A stretch of 64,000 nucleotides of DNA, from positions 1 to 64,000 of IMG/VR virus record IMGVR_UViG_3300037755_001058. The stretch is one strand, 5' to 3'. The position numbers and the translations under genes were made by a program. The stretch comes from a virus. The notes below the pieces were generated by a model. It saw only the letters and a program-made list of their open reading frames with translations. It was not told the origin of the DNA and searched no databases. Within the stretch, counting starts at the first letter, position 1, and every line of letters begins with the position of its first letter. Positions 25,596-34,343 of the stretch are shown here, piece after piece.

Positions 25596-28460
25596 ATGAA
25601 GCTAACGGTCCAGGCACTCAGCACCAGCCTAATGGCGTTGGGTCTGGACCCGTCGGAGGGCAACTCTCAGGGATGGGCCACCACCGTGTGCCCAGCGTGT
25701 GGCGCGGAATCGGACCGGCCATCGCTGAGAGTCCAGGTCGATACCGGTAACTACAAGTGCTGGCGATGCGGCGCCTCCTCCAGTGGAGATGCCAGCGTTC
25801 CGCTGGATGTATTCGTAGGCAACCCGGTAGCTCCAGGCGCTAGCTCCAAGACGGGTTCAGACCTACCTAAGTTGACCGAAGAGCTGGTTCTCACGTACGC
25901 AAGACTCCTGATGGAGTCTCCCGCCGTCGTGTCTGACCTGGAACGACGCCGGGGTTGGAACAGCACGACTACAGAGCGTATCAGCCTGGGATGGGATGGT
26001 AGCCATCTGTGGATTCCGGTACGCTCGGCCGATGGGGCGCTACAGAACGCGCGAATGTACGACCCGTTCAAGCGTCATAGGGTCAAGTCGTTCCATTACG
26101 CCAACGATGATGGCCTCAAGAGGACGGTGGCTTGGGTACCGTTCGGTCTGGAGTCGCTGGATGGTAGCGATGAGATCTGGATGTTCGAAGGTGAACCTGA
26201 CGCCATTCTTGCAGCCCAGATGGGCTTTCCGACGCTGGTAATCACGGGTGGGGCTGGAACTTGGACCGACGAGGTCTTGTCGATAGTGGCAGATCGCCGT
26301 GTAGTCCTGTGCTACGATATGGATGGGCCTGGCATCAACGGCGCCAAGGCCGTCAGGTCTAGATTAATCGCGGCAGGGAAGGACGTCGTCCATCTGAGCT
26401 TTCCGCTCAGTGATCCGTCGTACAAGGACTTCACCGATGCTGTGATGCATGACAGCAGGAATGCTGCGTGGTTTCGGCAGTTGGCCGATGATATGCGCGA
26501 GGGGGCTTCAGCCGGTGGAAGCGGAAAGGTACCGACCCCGCCTATGCCGGTAAAGTTCGGTGGAGGGACGCCGGGAGAGCCTATCATCGTCAAGGCCCAC
26601 GTCATGGGTTCGCATACAACTCCAGTGCTAGCGCCTCAAGTGGTAGAGGCCACCTGCACGATGAACTGGGGTGACGCGTGCGAGCGGTGTCCAGCGAGAC
26701 GGGCCGAGGGTCGTCTCACCGTCAGGGTAGACCCTGAGTCCAAGGCACTGATGAGTCTATGTGCCATGCCGGCTAGGACTCAGTCGGGTGAGCTGAAGAG
26801 GCTCGTAAGAGTTCCGTCCAGATGTCCCATCGTAGAGTTGACCACTCCAGCCATGTGGCAAGTGCAGCACTTGAAGCTGATAGCTCCGATGGCAGAGAGG
26901 GTGGGGGGCGACGATATCATCAGGGCTGCCATGTTCGTATCTCCTGCCGATGGAAGGCCACTCCCAATCAGGGCCAACCAGCTGTACAATTTCATTGGCA
27001 AGATCGAACCAGACGTCCTAACAAACGAGTGGACGTTAGTGTCTGGTGAGGCGCGTGCCGCCGAAGATGACGTGGAGTCGTTCAGACTGGATGCAGGTCT
27101 GGCGGAGGCCATGGCATCGATGGCTAGCCCGCCTGAATGGACGGTAGAGGCGATAGATGCGATCCTTCAGGACGAAGAAGACTCGATGGCTCGGCACACG
27201 ACGCATGTGTACGGACGGAGGTCGCTGCTGAGGGCTATCGACCTTGTGTATCACAGCGTGGTACAGTTTCCGTTCAAGGGCCGACCAACGACGCGTGGAT
27301 GGCTGTCTCTGGCCATCGTCGGAGATACGCGGACTGGTAAATCGGAGACCATGTCTGCTTACCAACGACATGTTGGAATGGGTCGATACGTTATGGACCC
27401 AGCCAACACGACATACGCCGGTCTGGTAGGAGGACTTCAGCAGGTAGGCAAGGGCGACAAGGCCTGGGTCATCACGTGGGGGCTCATCCCGACGAACGAT
27501 CGTGGTCTAGTAATCGTGGATGAGATCTCATCGTTGGACGTGGCCGATATCGGCAAGATGTCTGGCATGCGGTCATCTGGTGTGGCAGAGATCACTAAGA
27601 TCAGAGGTGCATCGACCCCCGCAAGGACCAGACTCATCATGGCGGGGAACCCACGAGGCCTGGGAAGGATGCTGTCGTCGTTCGGCACTCCTATCGAAGC
27701 TCTCATGGAGTTGATCGGAGCACCAGAGGACGTGGCACGGTTCGATCTTGCTCTGGCCGTTCCTCAGGGTTTGGACAAGGAACGGGCCGACAGGGATCTG
27801 GGAAGTCGGCCTCAACCGATGCCTGTTGAGCTACGTCGCGCGTTGATCAAGTTCGCTTGGTCCAGGGCGTCTGACCAGGTGGTCTGGGAGGATGGTGCTC
27901 AGGAGCTGTGCACATCGGAGGGATCTAGGCTAGCCTCCAAGTACTCTCACAGGATTCCACTGGTTGAGCCGTCAGAACAAGATTTGAAGATTGCCAGGAC
28001 GGCCGTAGCCTCTGCCTGTCGAACATTTTCAGTGGCCAACGACGATTTCAACACGGTATTTGTGCGATGCTGTCACGTACAGTTCGCCGTGACAACGCTC
28101 GAGCGACTGTTCGACGGTGAGCTGCAATATCGAGACTACTCGGAGTTCATGGATCGTCAGCGCATCGATAGAGGCGAGGTTACCAAGGTAGTCGTAGGAC
28201 TTCAACCACGCGCTGTACCAGCAACGTGTAGAGCCCTTCTGGGCCTGAGGAAGGTGAACCCCAATTCGATTGGAATGGTGCTAGGTCTGGACGGTGGAGA
28301 GGCGCGCCTGTTCATGTCCAAGCTGGCACAGAATGGCGCTGCGATCTTCGACACCGAGAACGGTCGAAACACTTCGATGGTGTGGACCTCAGACTTCGTA
28401 GGGTTGCTGCGAGACATGGAGACGAACCCTCCTGAGGTAGATGGGGAGGACCTCTTCTAA
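25596..28460 (+). CDS. primase (Zn-ribbon + TOPRIM) fused to an MCM-type AAA+ helicase
   Basis: CPAC..CWRC; MFEGEPD and CYDMDGPG TOPRIM; IVGDTRTGKS, IVDEI, IMAGNP, ARFDL (MCM SRFD arginine finger). Confidence 0.88.
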   Translation: MKLTVQALSTSLMALGLDPSEGNSQGWATTVCPACGAESDRPSLRVQVDTGNYKCWRCGASSSGDASVPLDVFVGNPVAPGASSKTGSDLPKLTEELVLTYARLLMESPAVVSDLERRRGWNSTTTERISLGWDGSHLWIPVRSADGALQNARMYDPFKRHRVKSFHYANDDGLKRTVAWVPFGLESLDGSDEIWMFEGEPDAILAAQMGFPTLVITGGAGTWTDEVLSIVADRRVVLCYDMDGPGINGAKAVRSRLIAAGKDVVHLSFPLSDPSYKDFTDAVMHDSRNAAWFRQLADDMREGASAGGSGKVPTPPMPVKFGGGTPGEPIIVKAHVMGSHTTPVLAPQVVEATCTMNWGDACERCPARRAEGRLTVRVDPESKALMSLCAMPARTQSGELKRLVRVPSRCPIVELTTPAMWQVQHLKLIAPMAERVGGDDIIRAAMFVSPADGRPLPIRANQLYNFIGKIEPDVLTNEWTLVSGEARAAEDDVESFRLDAGLAEAMASMASPPEWTVEAIDAILQDEEDSMARHTTHVYGRRSLLRAIDLVYHSVVQFPFKGRPTTRGWLSLAIVGDTRTGKSETMSAYQRHVGMGRYVMDPANTTYAGLVGGLQQVGKGDKAWVITWGLIPTNDRGLVIVDEISSLDVADIGKMSGMRSSGVAEITKIRGASTPARTRLIMAGNPRGLGRMLSSFGTPIEALMELIGAPEDVARFDLALAVPQGLDKERADRDLGSRPQPMPVELRRALIKFAWSRASDQVVWEDGAQELCTSEGSRLASKYSHRIPLVEPSEQDLKIARTAVASACRTFSVANDDFNTVFVRCCHVQFAVTTLERLFDGELQYRDYSEFMDRQRIDRGEVTKVVVGLQPRAVPATCRALLGLRKVNPNSIGMVLGLDGGEARLFMSKLAQNGAAIFDTENGRNTSMVWTSDFVGLLRDMETNPPEVDGEDLF

Positions 28461-28564
28461 TCATGAACGGTAGTGATCGATCATCGAGAGTGATTTAGTT
28501 ATGGATCATGATATGTACTAAGATACATATCATGCACGTGAAGAAACCACCACGGAGGATGAGA

Positions 28565-29770
28565 ATGGCACTCGCGCTCACACTGGCCGCCACACAGGCG
28601 GCCCTCGTCTACCTCGGAGAAGAGCCCGACGAGAAGGACCCCGGTGACCAGCTGGCCGGTGTCCTCGCCGACTACAACCTGGACCCCGCCGAGTTCATGA
28701 CCGAGCAGACCCTGTTCGCCTGCGGCTATCACCGCGGCCTGACGGGTGGCACCTTCAGCAAGGAGCAGCAGGTTCCGAGCAACGGCTCGGGGCCCGACGA
28801 GGTGCTCGGCAACGCGCTCGACACCGGCTTCTCGTTCGGACTCGAGGCCCGCGACCTGAAGACCCCGCCGCCGCCGAGCCTCGTGTTCGAGGCGGTCAAG
28901 TCCGGCGATCTCACCTGGGGTCGCCTCGGCGAGTGGGTCGCCACGGCGAAGCCCGACCTCGCCACCACCCATCGCCTCGCGTCTGCCATCGAGGTGGGCT
29001 CCGGCAAGGCAGCCGTCGTGGTCCCGGCCGGCACCCCGGTGGACGTCATCGCCGATGACATCGAGAAGGATGGCCAGCCGCACGTCATCGTCCTGTGGGA
29101 CGGCCTGGCCCTGATGGTTCCGAACCCGTCGGACAGCCCGAGGATCGTCTCTGGCGACACCGACGTGGTCCCCGAGCGGAAGCGGAGGTCGAGCACCGCC
29201 GGTGGGGGTACCAGGAAGGCCTCTGGGCCGACCAAGCCGAAGGGTCCCTCCTTGAAGGATGCGATCCTGCGCGTCGCCATGGGCGAGGATGGTGGTCCGG
29301 GTCCGCTCCAGACCAACGGCGCGTTCGCGTCGCGGGTGATGGGTGAGGCCCGCCGGATGGGGATCGAGGAAAAGGCGCAGAAGTTCGTCCAGAAGGCCGA
29401 CAAGCACGTGCCGTACTACCTGAACGCGATCAAGCCGGACAGCAAGACCGGCGCCCCGGGGCGGATGAGCGTCACCGATCCGCCGGACCACCTGATCGCC
29501 GCGATCGAGGCGCGGAAGTTCTACCTGAACGCCGACGGTACCCACGACGAGAAGATGGCGGCGATTCCCACCGAGCTGGCCGATCGCATCGCCGACAAGA
29601 CCACCGTCGTGAAGACCGCACCACCGGTCGAGCGGCCGAAGAAGAAGGCCGCCGACGAGGCCGCCGACGAGGCCGCCGACGAGGCCGCCGACGAGGCTGC
29701 CGGGCTCGTCACCGACGAGCCCGCCGAGCCCAAGAAGGGCAAGGGCAAGAAGGACAAGGCCGAGGGATAG
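28565..29770 (+). CDS. highly expressed hypothetical protein with Lys-rich tail and AADE repeats
   Basis: Very strong GC3; (GCCGCCGACGAG)x4 at 29648-29695. Confidence 0.75.
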   Translation: MALALTLAATQAALVYLGEEPDEKDPGDQLAGVLADYNLDPAEFMTEQTLFACGYHRGLTGGTFSKEQQVPSNGSGPDEVLGNALDTGFSFGLEARDLKTPPPPSLVFEAVKSGDLTWGRLGEWVATAKPDLATTHRLASAIEVGSGKAAVVVPAGTPVDVIADDIEKDGQPHVIVLWDGLALMVPNPSDSPRIVSGDTDVVPERKRRSSTAGGGTRKASGPTKPKGPSLKDAILRVAMGEDGGPGPLQTNGAFASRVMGEARRMGIEEKAQKFVQKADKHVPYYLNAIKPDSKTGAPGRMSVTDPPDHLIAAIEARKFYLNADGTHDEKMAAIPTELADRIADKTTVVKTAPPVERPKKKAADEAADEAADEAADEAAGLVTDEPAEPKKGKGKKDKAEG

Positions 29771-30090
29771 TGGCCGACCCTTCCGAGGGGGTGAGGCGTT
29801 TTTTCGTGAACGCCGCCCAGCGCATATCGAGGCGACCCGTCGCCAAGGCAGCCTACGCGGCTACCTTGGTCGTCGGGCCGTTCAGTTTCAGTGTGGCAAC
29901 CAAAGGTACCGGGTCATCCTCATTGATTCCGAAGATCGGAATGCCAACAGCGACCAGATCAGACTCGTGGACGTCAGCCGTACTAGCGCGGCCCGAAGAA
30001 CAACGACGTACGAGGCTGTCTCGAGAAGAACGTAGGGATAAGAAGAGGCGTAGAAAGGTTACCCGCGCCGCCAAACGGAGGAACCGTTGA
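29770..30090 (+). CDS. basic hypothetical protein
   Basis: Coupled to neighbours on both sides; Arg/Lys-rich C-terminus. Confidence 0.5.
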   Translation: MADPSEGVRRFFVNAAQRISRRPVAKAAYAATLVVGPFSFSVATKGTGSSSLIPKIGMPTATRSDSWTSAVLARPEEQRRTRLSREERRDKKRRRKVTRAAKRRNR

Positions 30091-30866
30091 ACGTTCAGGC
30101 CTGCGCCCCAAATGGTATCGATCTCGTCGACCTGCCTTCGGACCCTCAGGCCGATATGATCTCTCGCCAGAGGCGCTTCCAGGCTCGGGTATACGGAGAA
30201 GCCAAGCTGGCAGAGTTGCGCGATTTCGGCTCATCACGGCGCTGTGACGTACGGGCCGTGTTGCATCACCTAGACATGGGTGGTCAGGAGTGCTCCGAGG
30301 CCTGGGACATGGTCGAGGGTGGATGGAAACACCACAAGACCAATCCGCACGATCCTGACAAGCTCGAACTCATGATGGAGCTCGTCGATATCATGTGTTT
30401 CGCGCTGAACACGTACATCTACATGGGGGGTCAGCCTGAATCGGAACTCGTGGCGGCGGCCGTTGCCAGGAGCAAGGAACAGATGCGATACCCGAAGATT
30501 GGCCTCGACGAGGCATGGGTCATCGGGGCATCGAGCTGGGAGAGGAACGGCCCGAAGATGCGAGCCCTGTACGATCATGGCCGCGGTAGCCATGGGCGGG
30601 AGTGGACCAAGGAAGCCGCGACGCGCATCAACTTCCTCAGGGCACAGTTCTTCGACTCAGCAGCAACCATCAGGTACGGTCTGTCGAGGATGACCAAGGC
30701 CGAGCGCGAGACGTTTCCGCCGGCGTCCGGTTATGTCTACATCCAACTCGTTCCGTGGATCTGCGGTGCGGTTCAGGCGATCCCTGGAATGGGACTACAG
30801 GACCTGTACTCTGCCTTCGTGAAGAAGGACCAGATCAACAATGAGAGGCAAGATGCAGGCTATTAG
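30087..30866 (+). CDS. all-alpha NTP pyrophosphatase (dimeric dUTPase / T4 gp56 dCTPase-like)
   Basis: QECSEAWD..WKHHK, MELVDIMCF, C-terminal KKDQINNERQDAGY. Confidence 0.8.
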   Translation: MNVQACAPNGIDLVDLPSDPQADMISRQRRFQARVYGEAKLAELRDFGSSRRCDVRAVLHHLDMGGQECSEAWDMVEGGWKHHKTNPHDPDKLELMMELVDIMCFALNTYIYMGGQPESELVAAAVARSKEQMRYPKIGLDEAWVIGASSWERNGPKMRALYDHGRGSHGREWTKEAATRINFLRAQFFDSAATIRYGLSRMTKAERETFPPASGYVYIQLVPWICGAVQAIPGMGLQDLYSAFVKKDQINNERQDAGY

Positions 30867-32064
30867 CCTGGGGTACCAATCGCATCCGTTGGACGACCAG
30901 TTCTCTGCGATCACGGTTCGTTTGAACGAGGCGTCCGATGAGCACACAGCTCTCGGGACATGCATCTTCGCCGGAGGATTTTCCTTCGGAATGGAAGAGG
31001 CCGGGTTCACGGTGGCCGGTCATCTCGAACTTCCGGACCTGGCCCTCGGGTCTCACACCTCCAAGCAGAGGTGGCCGGTTGCCGTAGCCAGTCTCGATCT
31101 ATGGAAGGAGTACATCGATCAGCTGCGGGATAAGGACATCGTTCCAGATGTATTCTACGCCAATCCACCTTGCGTTGCTTACGCCGGTACTGGGAAGCAC
31201 GATGGAACGATGGATAGTCGTATGTGCTATACCAGGTACTGCGCGTACGATGCAGCCATGAGACTTCAGCCTGACGTCTGGATGTGGGAGCTGGTCGACG
31301 GAGTCATGCGAGACCGAGGATTTCTCGATGCGATGGCGTTCCGAGCGAAGTCCCTCGGGTACAGGTGCTACGCATTCCTTACATCATCGGCTATCCATGG
31401 TGGATACCAGGACAGGCGTAGATTCCACTTCGTTGCTAGCCGGTTCGAGCTAGACTTCGAGGATGTGTGGGCCAACGAGCCCGTTCCTCGTAGGACCGTG
31501 CACACCCTCTCAGAGGCGTTGGCGTCGGTGCCTGCAGGTTCTACCAACCACGAGACCGTGTATAGGGGAGCATTCCGATCGATCTTCCCGTTCTGCCCCC
31601 CGGGAATGCACCTTCGGGATGTGTCTGATGATGTCATGCGTGAGCACTACCGTCCACGTGGTACTGCGTGGACAGGCACGGGGAGACCTGGGTTCTCACA
31701 CACGCGTGCGAGGATGGACCGGCCATCCCCTAATGTCCTCGGAGGCCATACGATAATCCACCCCATCGAGAACAGGTACCTCACACCTCGTGAGTGCGCC
31801 GCTATCATGGGGTTTCCCCATGACTACGCCTTCAGCCACGGTGCTATGGCGTACGCTGAGATAGGCAGGGGGTTGTGCACCCACAACGCCGCGTTCCTGG
31901 GGAGGGTAGTCAAGAACGCTCTTGAGAGGCGCGTGCGTACGGTGCCGACCAGGGTTGACGACTCCTGGATGACAGTGGTAGACTGGCGCCGGAGGGCCAA
32001 GCCCCTTCGGCTGAAGATGACCGAAGCCGAAATCGAGGCTTGGTGGAGTGAGCGAGTTTCGTAA
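30853..32064 (+). CDS. atypical C5-cytosine DNA methyltransferase homologue (candidate carboxymethyltransferase)
   Basis: IFAGGF (I), NPPC (IV), ELV (VI), QDRRRF (VIII), RYLTPRECAAIMGFP (IX), AYAEIGRG (X, N replaced by R). Confidence 0.85.
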   Translation: MQAISLGYQSHPLDDQFSAITVRLNEASDEHTALGTCIFAGGFSFGMEEAGFTVAGHLELPDLALGSHTSKQRWPVAVASLDLWKEYIDQLRDKDIVPDVFYANPPCVAYAGTGKHDGTMDSRMCYTRYCAYDAAMRLQPDVWMWELVDGVMRDRGFLDAMAFRAKSLGYRCYAFLTSSAIHGGYQDRRRFHFVASRFELDFEDVWANEPVPRRTVHTLSEALASVPAGSTNHETVYRGAFRSIFPFCPPGMHLRDVSDDVMREHYRPRGTAWTGTGRPGFSHTRARMDRPSPNVLGGHTIIHPIENRYLTPRECAAIMGFPHDYAFSHGAMAYAEIGRGLCTHNAAFLGRVVKNALERRVRTVPTRVDDSWMTVVDWRRRAKPLRLKMTEAEIEAWWSERVS

Positions 32065-33043
32065 CACAATAACGTACTCCACCAGCCGCGATCGCATCCT
32101 TAGATCGTGTCCCAGGAAGTACTGGTACCACGTGTACGCATCTTGGCGCGGATGGTGGAGGCGTGGCAAGCCTCCGACTGATAGACGCGCAGAGGATACG
32201 TACCAGGCCAGGTTCTTCGACAATATCCCTGCCTTAACTGGTAGGATTGTGCACGACCAAGCGGCTAGGATGTTGAGAGGTGCTCAAGAGGGACGTCGGT
32301 GGGTGGACGCAAATGGCGTTGGACAGACGCTTCTGAGAAACACTCGATCTGATGCAGAGCACCGACTAAATGTGGCCAGGGGGCGTCGCTACGTCAACCC
32401 TAAGGTCAATACCAGACTCCTGGAGTTCGAGCTGGGGGGCGAGGTAGACGACTTCGATTTTTTTGATCGGGTACGAACGAAGACTCTGTCCATCGTTTCT
32501 CCGGATGAGTGCTGGAACGGAATGGAGGAACGAAGGAATCTGTTCCTCCATGCCATCACCAATGGGAAGAGCATCGTCCTAGTGGAGGACCTCGTAACAT
32601 ATCACGTCAACGGCGTGCAGGTCTGGTTGCAGGTGGACATGATGATGAGGTCTGACCACGATCCAGTGCATGACTGTGTGATCGTGGACTGGAAGACTGG
32701 TCGCCCAAAGCCTGAAGATGTCCATCAGGCAGAACTGTACGGTCACTGGGCGTGGATGAAGGGTTGGACCGGAGCTCAGGTGATCATGGCGTACCTAAAG
32801 AACGTTGACTCGGTGGAGCTCAGAGCCATCGAGATGAATCGTCACAGAGTGGTAAGTGCCGAAGCCAGAATCGCCAGGTTCATAGACGATATCCGGTCTC
32901 GCATCGTTGATGGCGATATTTTGAGGAACGAGCCGATAGAAGAGAGGTTCGAAGCCATTGGCAGCCCGGTTGGATGCGCTGTATGCGAGTTCCAGGCGAT
33001 CTGCGGGGCTGACGGAACGAAGCCGAGCTGGGTGGACCGTTGA
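32048..33043 (+). CDS. PD-(D/E)XK nuclease (RecB/Cas4-like)
   Basis: SCPRKY, VD...IVDWKTG, Q..LY, C-terminal CAVCEFQAIC. Confidence 0.8.
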   Translation: MSEFRNTITYSTSRDRILRSCPRKYWYHVYASWRGWWRRGKPPTDRRAEDTYQARFFDNIPALTGRIVHDQAARMLRGAQEGRRWVDANGVGQTLLRNTRSDAEHRLNVARGRRYVNPKVNTRLLEFELGGEVDDFDFFDRVRTKTLSIVSPDECWNGMEERRNLFLHAITNGKSIVLVEDLVTYHVNGVQVWLQVDMMMRSDHDPVHDCVIVDWKTGRPKPEDVHQAELYGHWAWMKGWTGAQVIMAYLKNVDSVELRAIEMNRHRVVSAEARIARFIDDIRSRIVDGDILRNEPIEERFEAIGSPVGCAVCEFQAICGADGTKPSWVDR

Positions 33044-33075
33044 TGGAAGTCGTGGTAAGTTAGGCTGTCGGAGGT

Positions 33076-34335
33076 TTGATGTACCCATCCGAGACACTCA
33101 AGCGGAACTGGTTCGCCCGGGAAGAGATCCAGGAGGTCCTGCGAGGTCTGGGACTTCCAGTGGCGATGGACAGCACACACGTCGTAGTGGCCGGCGTTGG
33201 TGATCTCACCAACTGGCTCGCCGCGTGTAGCGACGATCATGTCGCCGGTCTCCTTGGGATGACGGAGAGGTGGACTACCGCATTCAGGAATGCGTCCGCT
33301 CCGTTCTCTGTGCGACACCTCTCCTCTCCGGGTGTGTCGTTCAGGCACGGGGGACGGGCCGCGCTTCTCGATGGCGCGTGCATGTCGGTGACGTTCCCGA
33401 GCAGCGGTGCGGCATCGGATGGACCCATCGCATACGTCGTCCCGGTGCGGAAGCAGATGTTGAACACCCGCGCCGAGTGGGTGGAGCACGTGGCTCTGGT
33501 GCCGAAGAGTGCGTTCGGCCAGTGGACAGCGCTCTCGGGCGCCGTGGACATCGTCCAGCGCGAGATGAACGCGAGCTCACTCACGCTGCGCTGCTTCAAC
33601 GGCCCGGATGAGCGCATCCAGCCCATGAAGCTCGACTCCATCATCATGGAGTCCGGCCTCAAGGCTTCGGTCGTCGATGATGTGCTTGGGTTTCTCGGCA
33701 GGCGAGATGCGTTCGTATCTCGTGGACTTCCGTGGACCAGGAAGTACCTGTTCAACGGACCCCCGGGTACGGGCAAGACGAGTCTGGCCAGGTGGATGGC
33801 GACCGAGCTCGGCCTGCCGGCGTACACGTTCGACTTCACGGATCGGTTGGCCGACGGTCGTGATCTGAAGTACTTCATCGGCTGGGTGTCCAGGCAGGCT
33901 CCGGCTTTGGTCATCCTCGACGACTTCGAGAAGGTGTTCGGCGGGGACAACGCTACCGGCATCACCAGGCACGCACTTCTGACGATGATGTCTGGGATGG
34001 GTAGCCTGGACGGGCTGGTGTTCTCGGTCACCTGCAACTCCACCACCCCGTTCGACGGACCGATGAGGCGCAGGTTCGACGCCATCTTCGACGTCCCCCT
34101 TCCCGCTACGGAGGAGCGCCGAGTGTACCTCCACAGGATGCTCGATTCCGAGGGGATCTCGGGAGACTCCGTGGTGCGCCTGGCCGGACAGACCGATGGG
34201 TGGTCGTTCGACGACCTGCGAGGATTGGTCGCCACGGCACTCGGCCTGTCGGTGACGGCAGGTACGATCGCCGAACGAGACCTCTCCAGGGCGATGCGGG
34301 TCATGGAGCAGCGCCGGATGCAGCCGCTCGAGTGA
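33076..34335 (+). CDS. AAA+ ATPase (BCS1/FtsH-like AAA core)
   Basis: YLFNGPPGTGKTSLA, LVILDDFE, TCN, MRRRFD. Confidence 0.85.
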   Translation: MMYPSETLKRNWFAREEIQEVLRGLGLPVAMDSTHVVVAGVGDLTNWLAACSDDHVAGLLGMTERWTTAFRNASAPFSVRHLSSPGVSFRHGGRAALLDGACMSVTFPSSGAASDGPIAYVVPVRKQMLNTRAEWVEHVALVPKSAFGQWTALSGAVDIVQREMNASSLTLRCFNGPDERIQPMKLDSIIMESGLKASVVDDVLGFLGRRDAFVSRGLPWTRKYLFNGPPGTGKTSLARWMATELGLPAYTFDFTDRLADGRDLKYFIGWVSRQAPALVILDDFEKVFGGDNATGITRHALLTMMSGMGSLDGLVFSVTCNSTTPFDGPMRRRFDAIFDVPLPATEERRVYLHRMLDSEGISGDSVVRLAGQTDGWSFDDLRGLVATALGLSVTAGTIAERDLSRAMRVMEQRRMQPLE

Positions 34336-34343
34336 GGTGAGCA

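Noticed and set aside
32048-33043. Cas4 indicating a CRISPR-Cas system
   Set aside because: Stand-alone RecB-like nuclease in a replication block; no cas1/cas2 or array.
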